Source of the DNA: Rhodosorus marinus CCMP1338
Taxonomy: Eukaryota > Plantae > Rhodophyta
Direction of reading: 5' to 3'
NCBI GenBank assembly: GCA_029953675.1
Contig: JAMWBK010000001.1
Coordinates: 1,674,001 to 1,738,000 of the forward strand
DNA length: 64,000 nucleotides
This document shows positions 12,665-24,739 of this stretch, piece after piece (positions within the stretch are counted from its first letter, which is position 1; every line of letters starts with the position of its first letter). The notes beneath the pieces were generated by a model. It saw only the letters and a program-made list of their open reading frames with translations. It searched no databases and was not told the origin of the DNA. A program made the position numbers and the translations under genes.

Positions 12665-13260
12665 TGCATCTTCGCACAACAAGAGGATTTTTATGAGCGC
12701 GTCCGCGGCGTCAACGGCCTCTGCGTTTCGGACACCTGTCCATGCTCCCGACTAGCAACGCTTGAGTTGACTCGTCGATCTTGGTTGTGAATGGACTGAG
12801 TCTGAAAAGCGGCACAGGGGCCGAGGAACATAATTGACGGAACTCCAGCTGTGAAAGCAACGACACTGCACAAATAGAGCTGCTGACAGTGCAGAAAGAC
12901 GAACGCTGACTGTCTGATACACTGTCGTCGGCAAATAGGAAATAGGACCAGGGTGTCACAACTATCCTCATGTTGTTCATGTGGTACACAATGTGCCCAC
13001 TGTCAATCGCCTTCCTCTGAAGAATTTTGAAACTGTCCGTTCAGAAACGATTTCGCAAGTCCCTCGTACGCTTTTGCTACTTGTGCTACATGTTGATGCT
13101 GGTCGCGAAACTCCTATAGCTCTTTTGGAGCTATAGGAGTTTCGCCCCTGTTTAATTTGGTGCACAGATCTTCCGTAATGGTTTCTTCCTAAAGGTTGGA
13201 CTTCATTCCTGGGGGTACCTTTCCTCCTGGAACTGGTTGGAAGTCCCAACCGCCGGCTTC

Positions 13261-14419
13261 CTATTTCACCAGTAGGAGTGAGCGAGACTGAGAAACACGA
13301 AGCATCTCGTGCATCAGGGAGAGGCTGGGAATCCCTACCGGTGGCCAAGTTTTGTTAGGCTCTATGTCAGGATTGAACCGGTACTTCGACAAATCATGAA
13401 TCCCTTTGGATGCAAAGTACTCCTCGTCAATCAGTGCCTGGGCAGTAAACGTGTTTGGATCTTCCTGGATAATGCTGAACACTGCGTCAGCAAGGATCGA
13501 CGCTTTTCTCCACTGACTACTCTCTGACATTCGGAAGTTCTTCGTCGCGAAACTCTCGATGAGAGTCGCAGGCCATAGGGCGTTCACTGCGACGCCTTTT
13601 CCAAGAAGCTCCTGGCCCATACCATGTGCCAGCATTGTCATCCCGTACTTGCTAATACAATAGGCAACCTAGCGTCCCTCAAAAGAGCAGGGATGTCCAC
13701 GTCAGCGCAAGGCTCCCACACATTGAGCACGGAGCCAGGCTTCAAAAAACTGTTCCGAAGTTCCATACTTTGCCTTTGAGAAGGTTGAGATCGATCGGAG
13801 GTGACATTACAATGATATGGCCAAAGCCCTGCTTCAACATCGTTGGGAGAACCGCATGTGAGCAGCTAAACGATGCTCGTGAATTTATCGAGTGCACTAG
13901 ATCATATCGTGACATTGGCGTGTCCAGAACATCCTTCCACCACAGTGCCTTTTGGAGAGATTAAGTCACAACAAGAGCAAAGCTCTCAGATTCTGGCAAT
14001 AGGTTCAGCAAGTGACGTTAGGGCGTGATACGTACGCCACTGTTGTTTACTAGATAGTCGATTCTCCCGAACTCTGCCAGGGTTGTGTCGACCATGTTCT
14101 TAATCGCCACGTCATCACGCACATCCACGCGCACTGGTAAGGCTCTGACTCCTAAAGCTCTAACTTCTTCCGCGACCTATGTACAAGAGCAGAAGAGCAC
14201 GCTAAGCCGCAATCCCCTGCAGTGGCCAGCCTAACTCATTCGAAAGGAACATACCGAATAAATTGTTCCGGTCAAGTTAGCCTGTGCTTCGATTGATTTC
14301 CCAACGACTACAACATCGGCGCCCTCCGAAGCAAGCTTGAGAGCAATTTCTCTGCCAATCCCTCTCGTAGAACCAGTTATAACCGCCACCCTCCCAGCCA
14401 GGCTCCTTGTCGCACTCAT
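13261..14419 (-). CDS. Short-chain dehydrogenase/reductase, HSDL2-like (multi-exon, no SCP2 domain seen)
   Basis: Exon 1 VAVITGSTRGIGREIALKLASEGADVVVVGKS carries the Rossmann TGxxxGIG motif. The catalytic YxxxK motif is in AYCISKYGM. VAVNALWPAT and ILADAVFSI are typical of HSDL2. The 3' end is taken from the ORF stop and is less certain. Confidence 0.85.
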
Positions 14420-15899
14420 CGTTAAAAACTCTCCAGCAAACCCAAGCCAATGTAGATAGCAACTTGCCTACTTCTCTAACAGCATTCCAAGAAGTTGATC
14501 ACGTCACATCTCTCCAAGACTCACTCCTATACTACCCTTATCCCAAAATCTGTCGTACACGATGAAGCTTACCAGCCTCCACGCCAACTAGATACAATAA
14601 CTTTTTCTTGGCTTCTACAAGGAATCAGCCGGTTTTTTTTTGGCTATCATCTGTAATGACTGAATCATTATTTTTCTTCCCAATACATTCCGTATAGATT
14701 GAACTGTAGGATATACTGATTGGACGTTCACCTGGCTTTTGCGAAGAATGCATTCACGAAAGCCGCCGTTTCGAGGCATGGGAGAGCTGATTTGTACAGA
14801 CTTCAGTACTACGTGATTCCGTTTAGAGCCTGTGCGAAAGCTGAAATCAGCTCGCAGATAGTATCTCCGTCTGCCATTTAGAACTTCGAACAAAGTCGGT
14901 TTTAACCCCCCGACGGGAAACCTCCGTCGCGCAAGGTACCTGGACGGGGCAATAGGATTTCCTGCAGTGTATTTCCCAAGCCGCGACTCTCCAGTATCCG
15001 CCCTTTGCGCATGCTTCAGACCTTTGTTATGCTTTGATCGGCATGAGCATTTTGGGAGTCTGCTAGACTTTTTCTGCGAAACTGTATGCTTGAGACCGAG
15101 CTTGAGTACCTTCGCTTTAAGCCCTGTACCGCATCGAAAGATTCATCCAAGATCCATCGCGCAAACGAACTGGAGGATTCGTTTATATTATGAACGGCAC
15201 GCACGTACTTTTGGCTGCGTCCTGGGGATGTACGTCCTTTTTGTCCAAGTATGCGCGGAATACAGCCAGGAAAAGGGTGTGTATAAGGGGTCTACCGCTC
15301 GTGTATATTGGAAGCATGGTGAGAACAAGAGGTTAAATAGAAGGAGTCACATCCATGCTGTACCTATCTGAAAATTCATACCCGTTGATGTCTGGCTAAC
15401 GCAAAGTCTCAGTTCTCTACCTACGCAGCAAAGGGGGCGCCCTCGGGTGAATATTCCATTTTCATAAAATATTCGACAAAGCTTGGGAGTTGCCCTCCAC
15501 ATTTGGCGGTTGAACTAGAGTGTCGAGTAATAGTAGATTGGATTCGGTCGGAAGTTGATATGGAGATGTTGGTAGGGGTCACTCTCACCTCTGGGGCCCC
15601 TTTTGTAAACGCGGGTGGCGATGATTTCGTGGTCGAAGTGGTTAGGAACGAATCGTTTGAGAGGACAGGGCAGGAGGGTGAAATATTCCATGCCTTGCTT
15701 GGTAGAGATAGAGACGATCTTGGTTTTTTTTCTACTGACGGTTCAAAACGGGACGGGTTGCTTCAGTAGCGCAAAGGGTTCATTTGTACTTTCAAACAGG
15801 TCAAAGTTCCTGAGTCGGTTCGCATAGTGAAATGAGAACCAGTGCACACATGTAGTTTTATGAAGTAGAGTTGGCCTGGAATTGACTTTGGGCAGAAAA

Positions 15900-16988
15900 A
15901 TGGGGGTGCAACCGGAAGCCGAGGAAGCAGCTATGAGTTGCGCCTTGAGGTGCGGGTTGAGTTCAGTCAGAATCCTGATGGAGGCGCTGAGTTGCGTACA
16001 TTCGAGCGCACACCGCGCTGAAGAGGTGACGGTTTCTGCCAGCTCTTCCGGTGAGGGTGGATTGAGATTCACGGTGGAGGACTTCGGCTGTCTGCAAATT
16101 TGCGCGCTGCTGGGGCGCGAGAGCTTCCCATCTTTTCACTGTCGCGATGAACATGTCTCACTAACGGTGAACCTCAACCAACTGTTTGACTGTTTGAACG
16201 TCTCCAGCGGAGTCTGGGACAGATCAGTCGTCCCACTGCAAATCGAGTACGAGGGCGGAGGCAGTCCGCTAGTACTCACAATGCAGGTACGTCGCACCAC
16301 ACCAATACCACGCCAAAAAAAAAAAAAAAAGCCTCTCATCGCTGACGTAGGAACGCCTTGTTTCTATACCAGGACAAGGACGTGACCGTAAGGAGCGAGA
16401 TCGTTACCATTGAAGCTACAGCGTTGACCGACTTCAGATTTCTGAGTTCGAATGTGCTAAGCTCCGTAATCCTACAGTCGGAGTCGCTTCGCGATGCGCT
16501 GACCGAGTTGGATTTCGGTGGAGCTTCCATTGCAGAACTTAGAATATCGCCAACTGATCCGAAGGTTTCTCTGCATTGCTCATCCAACGTCGGTGCGGCC
16601 TGTGATATTGTGTTCCCCGACCCGGAAAGCCATGCTCCATTGTTCGTTGCATTTCAGAGTCAGAAGAAACAGGTGAGCCGGAGACTCATTTTCTGATGCC
16701 GAAGTTTGTGATCCTATTCGTCTCGTCTTTTGACCACGCGCAACTAAGACATCGATACCGTTTTAGACGAGCTTTTACAAGCTGAATTTTCTTCGTAGGT
16801 CATTTAAGGGGTTGTCCTTGTCGAAGTCAACCAGGCTCAGAATGAATTCGGACGGCATGCTCTCGCTGGTGATGAGCATTCGCTTCCCGGGTGCGAGTAC
16901 AAAGTACAGCTGCTTCTTGGAATGTCTCATCGTCGCTGAGGAAATACGGGAGAGCGACATGGGCAGCAGCAGCAGTATGGACGGATGA
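15900..16988 (+). CDS. RAD1: Checkpoint clamp 9-1-1 subunit Rad1 (3 exons)
   Basis: GLRFTVED..CLQICALL, LTVNLNQLFDCLNV, LQIEYEGGGSPLVL and SESLRDALTELD, then a spliced last exon TSFYKLNFLRRSFKGLSLSKSTRLRMNSDGMLSL...CFLECLI ending TGA at 16986-16988. The start could be 15900 or 15933. Confidence 0.85.
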
Positions 16989-17959
16989 AGTTTCATACCC
17001 GCACCTGCGTCCTACCGCTCAGGGGTTGGTAGAGACAACAACGAACGACTTTCGACTACCCATCGAAGAATGAATACGATATCTGATTCTTCCGGAGCGA
17101 AGGTGTACTGAACTTGACCTAGTAATCCCCAGAACCCTCAAAACGCATCCAGCAACTCGTAGCCCCCCCCCCAAGCCGAGTACCAGAGGACAAAGCCAAC
17201 CCCCTCATTCACTGTCAGCGAGGGGAACGATTCGAAGAGAAAGAAAAAAAAGAAGAAAAAGAGAGAACAAGTATACATAACCATTTATCAACTCACACGC
17301 GTCTCGATCAACCAATGAAGATTGTTCACGTTAGCTACATCAGATTGGATGGGATCCAGAAAAAAAATTGTTGGAATATTTTGTAAAAAATCACAACAGC
17401 AGCGTCAAAGCAGCAGCATTTGAGAAAATGATCTTTTTTACAGAGGTGCGCGCGGGGATGGATTTCAATCCATTTAGTTTAGTTTTCTCGGAAAAGTGAA
17501 CTTAAGAGTATGTATGGCCACAAAGCAATCAATCAACTCCGTCTAAGTTTTTTAGCAATTTATATTATATCTTCCATGAATTGAAGTTTCTTAATTTTGA
17601 ATGGAGAATGGATTGGATGACATGAGGCGGCCTGTGGTCGTGTTGCCACTAAGGTGAACAAACACTTTTCACTGCTTTTCGGAGGATAAATGGGTGATAG
17701 GCGCATGGCTGCGACATATTATATGATGATAAAAGTGTTGAGCTTTTATAATCCAAAAAGAGAGGCTTTGATAGAGAGAAGAGAAATAGCAAATGTTTGA
17801 TGATTGCACTGGAAAAAAAACGTTCCCGAGAAGGCGGTATATATATATATAAGTAGGTGAGAGCTTGCTTCGAATGTTTCTGACAGTGCAGCTCCTGTCC
17901 TAGGTAGGCCGGTTGGAATCATTCGAGCGTGTGGGGTAACTTTGTGGTGTACATGCAAG

Positions 17960-19257
17960 ATGACTTTGAACTTTGTTGCGGGGGCGACCTTTGTGGGGGT
18001 TGGGATTCCTGGCTTGCTAGGGAAAAAAAGAAGTGTGTGCAAACCGTCGGCCCGGACTAGCAGGCATTTAGGAGTTCGCACGCGGGCGGAATCGAAAGAG
18101 ACCCTCGCGGTGAAGGAGAAAGCGGATATTGGTGCATTGGGTGAGATCGATGACCTATTCGAGGCGAGGGAGCTTCTGGATGGCTTATTCGAGCAAGGAG
18201 ACCTGAAAAAGTGGAACAAGCAGAAACTTTCGGTGAGGCCTGTCAGCATTCCCGAGCTCAAGATGAACGCGAGGCTAGACGCAGACTCCCTTGGGCTGAC
18301 CCAAAAGAATGCAATCGACTTGAAACTTGCGTCGTTTGTGGTCATCGGGGGCTCTTCCGTTCTGGCCGTTCTCTGCCAAGCTATCTTCAGCGGTGATCTC
18401 GCGTATTTCTCGAGCTATCTCATTGGGGGGGTCAGCATTGCCTTTCTGGCCGTTGGCTCAACAGCCCCGGGATTGCTCACAGCCCTTATCACCACCATTT
18501 CTGCAAATGTATGTTGTTCACGGAAACAAGTTTGGAATAATTTCCACGGAAAAACAGCGAAAACAGGCTCCTAACTCTGATGATCTTTCTGCGCGCATCA
18601 TCTCATTGTAGCTACGTCCCGACTTTAAGGAGCGCCTAATTCTTCACGAAGCTGGTCATTTTCTTGCTGGATACCTGTGCGGCGTTCCCGTTAAGAAATA
18701 CGATGTAAACCCAATCACAACAGGTGTCACTATTTTTGGGGGTAAATTCCTCACAGAAGACGTCAGCCAGGGCAGAATTTCGAGGGCCGACGTGAATGCG
18801 TTATCCGTAGTAGCCCTTGCAGGTATGATTTGTTGCGCCCGTACCGTATTTCTCCCTTTGACCAAAGCTGGTCCCGTTCTCGAATTTAAGCGAAACCTCT
18901 TTTCATCCTGCAGGACCTGTGGCTGAAGTAATTAAATACGGGCAAGCTGAAGGTGGTATGGCGGATTTGAACCTGCTGCAAAATCTCCTTGTTAGGACGA
19001 AACCTCCACTGCTATCCAAGGAGCAACAAGATCAAACACGATGGGGAGCCCTTATGGCATACACGTGAGTTAGGGGCCGAACTCCTCAAAACTGTAAAGC
19101 CTTAGTTGCGTGAAAGTGGGTTTGACTCTGTGCGGGCTTCTCTTTTCCCGACATTAGTGTCTTAAAGAAGTACAGCGCAGAATTCGAGGCTCTCGTGGAA
19201 GCAATGACAGCGAAAAAGAGTATTGCGGATTGTATCAAAGCAATTGAGCAAGCATGA
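17960..19257 (+). CDS. Plastid-targeted FtsH-like M41 zinc metallopeptidase lacking an AAA domain (VIR3-like family), multi-exon
   Basis: Transit-peptide-like start MTLNFVAGATFVG, followed by two TM segments. Spliced exons give RLILHEAGHFLAGYLCGVPV (HExxH), ALAG-AEVIKYGQAEGGMADL, QTRWGALMA and EFEALVEAMTAKKSIADCIKAIE. Confidence 0.8.
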
Positions 19258-19319
19258 ATAATTTGCTTCCATCGACTGGTGTCGCAGCGAAACTGAAACT
19301 TTTTGCACCGGGTTCGCGC

Positions 19320-20325
19320 TTGAGACTTGAGAATCATCGATATATTCCGGAGTGGCGGAAAGCAAAACTTCAATCGAAGAAGCATTGTTTGCGGGTTCAG
19401 TTTGCTGGGCTCTACGAAAGTTAGACTTCATCTTTCGCTTACTATTTATGATACTCGAGAGCTTCGAGCTGATAAAAGTAAACAACGCCCCTTCCGTTTG
19501 GCGACGCCCGGAGGGCATTTTCTCAGCATGCCGAAATTTCGCTGTACTAAATTTCATCGGGGCAAAATTGCAGCATCCCAGGGAGCCACGACCTTCCCCC
19601 ACCACGGATGACAGCTTTTTCAGCTTGGGTTCATCCTCTAAATCTGCTATTTGTTCTATGGTGTTGCTAGAAGACAGACCATTGCTCCGGTGTCTATCAG
19701 GGCTTCCACCTTTTGCCCTATGATGCCCTTTTGCGGAAGCCGCCACTATCATTAAGTCGGACATGCAGTCCGGATCATGCTTCAGGAGTTGGTCGAGGGC
19801 TCATTCGAGCGTATACATGTATTCTCTGATCGTGCGTCCCTCTCTGTGCCCCATGCTCATGATTTTGAAAGCTAGCACCCAACGACGATTGGCCGCTGCA
19901 TATTTTTCCCTGAAGGCTGTTTGCAGGGAATCCCAGTTGCTATTCTTGTCATCCTCCAGGAGTGAATACCCGGCAGCCGCTGACTTTGTGAGTCCACGCG
20001 TAGCCACCTGTATCTCCCTTCCCTCTCGAACCTCGTATGCTTTGAGTACGATGCAGACTTACTCAGCTTACATCTTCAAAATCTGTTGTACTGAACGAAT
20101 GAGGCGACAGCCTGTCTCTCAAATGGAAAACCCACTAGACGCCACGCTGATAGTCCTCGACGTTCTCTTCAGCGGTGAACTCTGGGGAAGCGGCTTCGGC
20201 AAGTGGCTCGACGGATCTTCTTGAGATAGAAGAGCTCGGGTCATTCGCTGTGTAGCCTGTTCTTGCCTTGCCAGGACTCGACCAATGGCCAGCAAAACCT
20301 GAGTTAGTTCAGGATTCTGCTCCAT
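19320..20325 (-). mobile_element. Decayed Ty3/gypsy-type LTR retrotransposon gag-protease relic
   Basis: Reconstruction across frameshifts, one TGA and an 82-bp insertion gives PKP..PEFTAEENVEDYQRGVCIVLKAYEVREGREIQVATRGLTKSAAAGY...WDSLQTAFREKY...TIREY, which resembles a retrotransposon gag domain. An aspartic protease motif VEALIDTGAMV follows (DTGA at 19694-19683). No LTR, RT or integrase was identified. Confidence 0.75.
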
Positions 20326-20917
20326 TTGCGCTCCTCCAGCGGTACTCTTCTCAATCGCTGAATAGCCATGAGACCATTCTATTGGATCCGATGTCCAATA
20401 TCAACACAAATTCTTTCCCCCGGAGGAATAAACATCAGCGATACAGTGCACGAGGTATCATACCGCTGGAATGCTCCACAACGAGTTGGAAAAGTGGACT
20501 AACAAAGTCTCGGTTTCGTGTGCTTCTCTGCAGTGCAAAAATGAACGCCGTCGTGAACGTCCTCAAGACTGGCCGGAAGACGAACTGGGCATATTCCGGT
20601 CCAAATCGAGCAGATTACGAACACCAACGTTGGACTATTGCATTCGATGTGACAAAATGGAGCCCTAGTCTAACTTTAGAACCATCTAGATGACAACGGT
20701 TACATCTATTCCCAGTTCAACCTTGTTCTCCCGCTTCTTTTTGACCTCCTAAGCCTACCTAATACGAAAGTCGTATCTACCATTTATCTTGCTACCCTCT
20801 GGCGCTGGGCAAATACCAAAGCATATCCTAAATCTAATCAGTTTGACTTCTAGAGGGTTTTCCTTTTGAGAGACAGGCTGTCGCCTGATTCCTTCAGTAC
20901 AACAGATTTTGAAGATG
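20071..20917. repeat. 68-bp inverted repeat pair (20071-20138 and 20850-20917)
   Basis: The reverse complement of 20071-20138 matches 20850-20917 at 64 of 68 positions. Confidence 0.9.
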
Positions 20918-22363
20918 GAGTAGTATTGGAGGTCTACTCTTTCCGGGGAAGTAAAAGAGACACACGTCGGATATGAAACACGATTCTAAGATCCTTGAAA
21001 AAAGTCCGATTGGGAATATGATAGAGCCCCCTACGAATCGTCGGTTTTTGAACATCGGAAGAAGTGTACTTTCCCAGAGAAAAAAAAATGTCCTCCAACC
21101 ACTTTAAACGTAGTCAAAGCGATGCGCCGGACTCCACAGGTCCAACCACTGCCGCCGTGGGCGGGAATAGTATAGTTTTTGATCAATATAGAAAGAATAT
21201 TCAATCATTAGCGATGTAGCAGTTATATAATTGGTTATACAGTTGTAGTATTTCTCGATAATATTGCTAAATTTATTCCCTGTTGCGAATATCAATCTTG
21301 GAAATAAAAAATAGTATATTCTAAACGAGCAAATTATTGGGGACTGCGGTTCCGAGATTCTAGTATTATAGAAGAAAAACTGATGTAAATGAAACAGACG
21401 AGTTGATTGGATAATTAAAATCGAAATTGCTTGTTGATATTTTATATGGATGCCGTATTGGGCCATATGGGGCCGAATTGGGCCGTATATGGCTCCTAGT
21501 CAAACTGAATTTGAGAAAACAAATCAACAATTCTGGTCTTCGACACGCGGAAGCAGCGTGCTTTTCGGGCTCTTCCAACGCCTGAATTTCGCCTCCTCCT
21601 TGCTGTGTCCCGTCTATCCTTGGTTGATGAACTGAGCCGGTTGACCAAGAAGGAGTCTCGACAAGAGGCTTACTTGGCCTCCACCAGAAGTGGCTTCAAA
21701 TCAGTGTGTACTGAAAAAGTCGAAAGCAAAACCGCCGCGGTTTAGAAGTGGAACGCAGAAACCCACAGAAAACATACGCTGCATCTGAATTTCGGAAGCG
21801 GGCTTAAGACAGATTGTCCGCATATACTGTGAGCAGTGGGAAGATCGAGCATTTCGGCCCTGGTCAGTCTCTGCGGGCGGAAGCCAAGAGCCTCTATCGC
21901 CGTTTGCGTGCTCTCGCGTTCAAAATCATCATTGGATAAATGTTTAGAGTCTTTGCTACTCTGCTGTCTCCCTTGTTCGATTCATTTCGTAGTTGTCGGA
22001 CTTCGGTTTCCACGAAGCTGGAAGTTGACAGGCTGAATACGAGTTTTCCAAGTCGCACCTCGTCGAAAAGTTTCTCGCCGCGGGCAGGGGTTTTTGACCG
22101 AACTGCCCGGGGCGTCGACAAAATACTCTGTGGCCACGACCGGGACGAGGACCTTCTCCGCTAGTTTTCATGGCGAGGCACTGGCGTACCCCGAAAAAGG
22201 TGCGTTTGCTTTCGAAAGTTTATTTGTCACTGTCCATTTAAATTTCGAGCTATGAACCACCGTTAAAAGTTTAAAAGTCTTGAAAGTCGGCGTAAGTTAC
22301 TTCAGTCTGTACAAGCGGATAACCAAGTAGAAAAAGCAAAATAGTTGATAAAACAAACAACAG

Positions 22364-22798
22364 CTACGCTCTATTCAGGAGGGTATAGCTCTGCGCCATA
22401 AGAGCGTGGTAAACAAACATAGCATTGAGGTCGTACTCATCGTCCTCCAAATCTTCTACAGCCCGCATTTTCTCCAAGTCCATCAGGGACGGACCCAGTT
22501 GTCGTCTAATAGATTCCTTGCTCTGTTCTCTCTTTCCATGCCTTCGTCTTTCTTCCACATTTTTCTTCTTCTTCAGGCCACCAAAGACGGACGACCACAT
22601 GCACTCCCTGTTGCAAAAAAGTCCCTTCTCCGAGTCGTCAACTGCACTTCCCAAATCCACAACCTTTCTCTCACAATTTCTGCACACTAATTCCTCTTCA
22701 CTTTGTTCATCATCCACATGCGCTGTCAGTACCTCATAATCATCCACAGGACCAAGGCCCCTACCCAGCGGCCCACTCTTCTCCATTAACATCATCAT
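22364..22798 (-). CDS. Small protein with an FCS/TRASH-like treble-clef zinc finger (FLZ-like spacing)
   Basis: 144-aa single-exon ORF with ATG start. It contains CRNC-x18-FCNREC, an acidic/basic charged region and a hydrophobic C-terminal helix. Confidence 0.7.
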   Translation of the reverse strand: MMMLMEKSGPLGRGLGPVDDYEVLTAHVDDEQSEEELVCRNCERKVVDLGSAVDDSEKGLFCNRECMWSSVFGGLKKKKNVEERRRHGKREQSKESIRRQLGPSLMDLEKMRAVEDLEDDEYDLNAMFVYHALMAQSYTLLNRA

Positions 22799-23925
22799 TC
22801 CCTAGCAGCTCACAGACCCGTGGCCACCTACCAAACTCTTACTTGACCTCGCCCCACATCGACAACAGAAACGACCATGAACGCGTCCTCATCCCAAAAG
22901 AAACTCCTCTCCAATCCTTCCTCTTCCAGCATCTCCTCGCCGGTCTCCGAGCAAGGCAAAGTTTTGCATCCTTACTTCCAGCTCAATTATATAACGTTTG
23001 TTTCAATACCGTCTACATGTAAAGCCCAAACAGGCTCTCTTGGAGCAGACGAGAAATCTACTAAGCGGAGGGCAAAAAAAGCAAATCAGCAAAAGACACA
23101 CGCCCAATAAATGCAGCCTTTCAAGGCCGTGAGCAAGTTTCTTGCGTGAAAAACAAACGTTCTATCCAACCAACCAACGCGCAGGAAACAGGTTTCCCTC
23201 TGTTACTACCAAAAACCATGGAAGCCACTTAAATAGAGTACTCGAGGCCCTCCGAAGACGCCCCGAATGTCAGAAAAATCCGTGGAAAAATCAGCCAAAA
23301 CCAGTGTAGCCAGACGTGATTCCGGAATAAAAAACACTCGAAATGAAAATTCGAAACTTATTGAAATTAAAAGTCATATTCACTTTTGATTGGTTCAGAG
23401 AATTCGAGGTGGGTTGGAATTTCTCATACAGATGTGAGCGAAGCTCATCGCCGGCAAAAAAAAGGGGGGCAAGTGTGTTGGAATGAAAAAGAGCGGTCTC
23501 GCACAGCGTAGTCGCACTCTCTTAAATATGGACAAAACACGCTTCAAAAGTTTCAGAAAAGGTTTAACATGCCTCTATTCTACCAAAATAAATACAACTC
23601 TATCCTAAAGAGGACTAAATCCCACTTAGCGAGAAAGGCTAAGGGGTATATTATCGGTTTGGGGAGCATCAGAAGCATTGGAGATTACAGCCCTGGCTGG
23701 CTTCCAGCCTCAAGGAGCTTTTTTGGGGTCTTCATGGCCTTGGTCAGTTTTTTCCTTGTTGACCTTGATTGGATGCCAGAACACAGGATCACCAAAAATA
23801 GTTTAAAGAAACTGCTTCTGCTTTTGAAAAAGCAACCGAAGCACTTTCAAGATCTGGAGCAACCAATAATGAATTTTGAAATTTTATTCCGTTATAATCG
23901 GTCATAAACTAAGTTTTAGTAATAA

Positions 23926-24739
23926 TCATGCTTGATCCGAACGCCTTGGGGTGGGAGGAAGAAAATCGCCACGTCCGAGCATCCGAGCGGGTGGTGTAGT
24001 AGAGGAGCATGGGAAGACTATCATATCAAGGGTTAGATACGGGCAGAACGGATTTCGTATCAATTTTTTTGGAACTTGGAGTTCAGGTTGCGACCAACAG
24101 GTCACCTGACGTTTGGGCTTATCGTGCACTAGTTCTAGAGATGTTTTAGCGAAAAGGGAACCAAGGAGCCGCGGACCGTTGGGAAGAGACCTCCCTTTTC
24201 GGACCGGATTGGACAATAACTGTTCATAGATATCCATTCGTTGTGGGTTCAACCAAGCTTGACATCTACGTCATTCGGGGGAAAAAAAAAGCAGCAGGAG
24301 ATTTTGTAGGCTTCAATAAACCCTGGGAATTCCACGTCAATTTGATCGAATGCGTGACACTCCAAGACCTTTTTCCATCCGAGGCTGATACCATCCAGCG
24401 GGGGAACGACAATCCGTGACCTCCTGCGACAGCCGCAACATCTACTTTGAACAGCGTTTCGCAGCCTAGTACCCCAGTTTCTTGTCATCTCTAGGCAGAG
24501 TAGTTCAGCCTGAACTGCCGGCTGCGTTTGATCGTGGACCTCTCCTTGCTCAGCTCATTGCTAGGGACCCCTATTGTTGACACGTCCATAGCATTGATCC
24601 CACCGCAGTCGTAGAGAAGGCCAGAATCGGGTTTTGCTATTCCCTGACTAATCCGGCCAAGCGCCAGACGAAAATTGGGAAGCAGACAGAATGCAGTCAG
24701 GGCAAAAATAGAGAAGATTTTCAAGACAAACTGTAGCAA
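23926..24739 (-). pseudogene. Possible decayed gene with an N-terminal signal or anchor peptide (family unknown)
   Basis: ORFs 24491-24739 and 24249-24488 share a frame and are separated by a single TAG. The frame begins with hydrophobic LQFVLKIFSIFALTAFCLL and continues with scattered stops. No family was recognised. Confidence 0.3.

Noticed and set aside
12691-13240. C-terminal SCP2 exon of the HSDL2-like gene
   Set aside because: No SCP2-like sequence was found in any frame, and the short ORFs here are unsupported.
16315-16330. A16 run as a retroposon poly(A) tail
   Set aside because: It lies in a short RAD1 intron with no target-site duplication or element body, so it is a simple homopolymer.
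19162-19764. 200-aa ORF as an intact gene, and YIDD (about 19340-19351) as a reverse-transcriptase active site
   Set aside because: The frame is part of the decayed retroelement and overlaps the host gene. YIDD lies only about 110 codons after the protease and lacks the other RT motifs, so it is probably coincidental.
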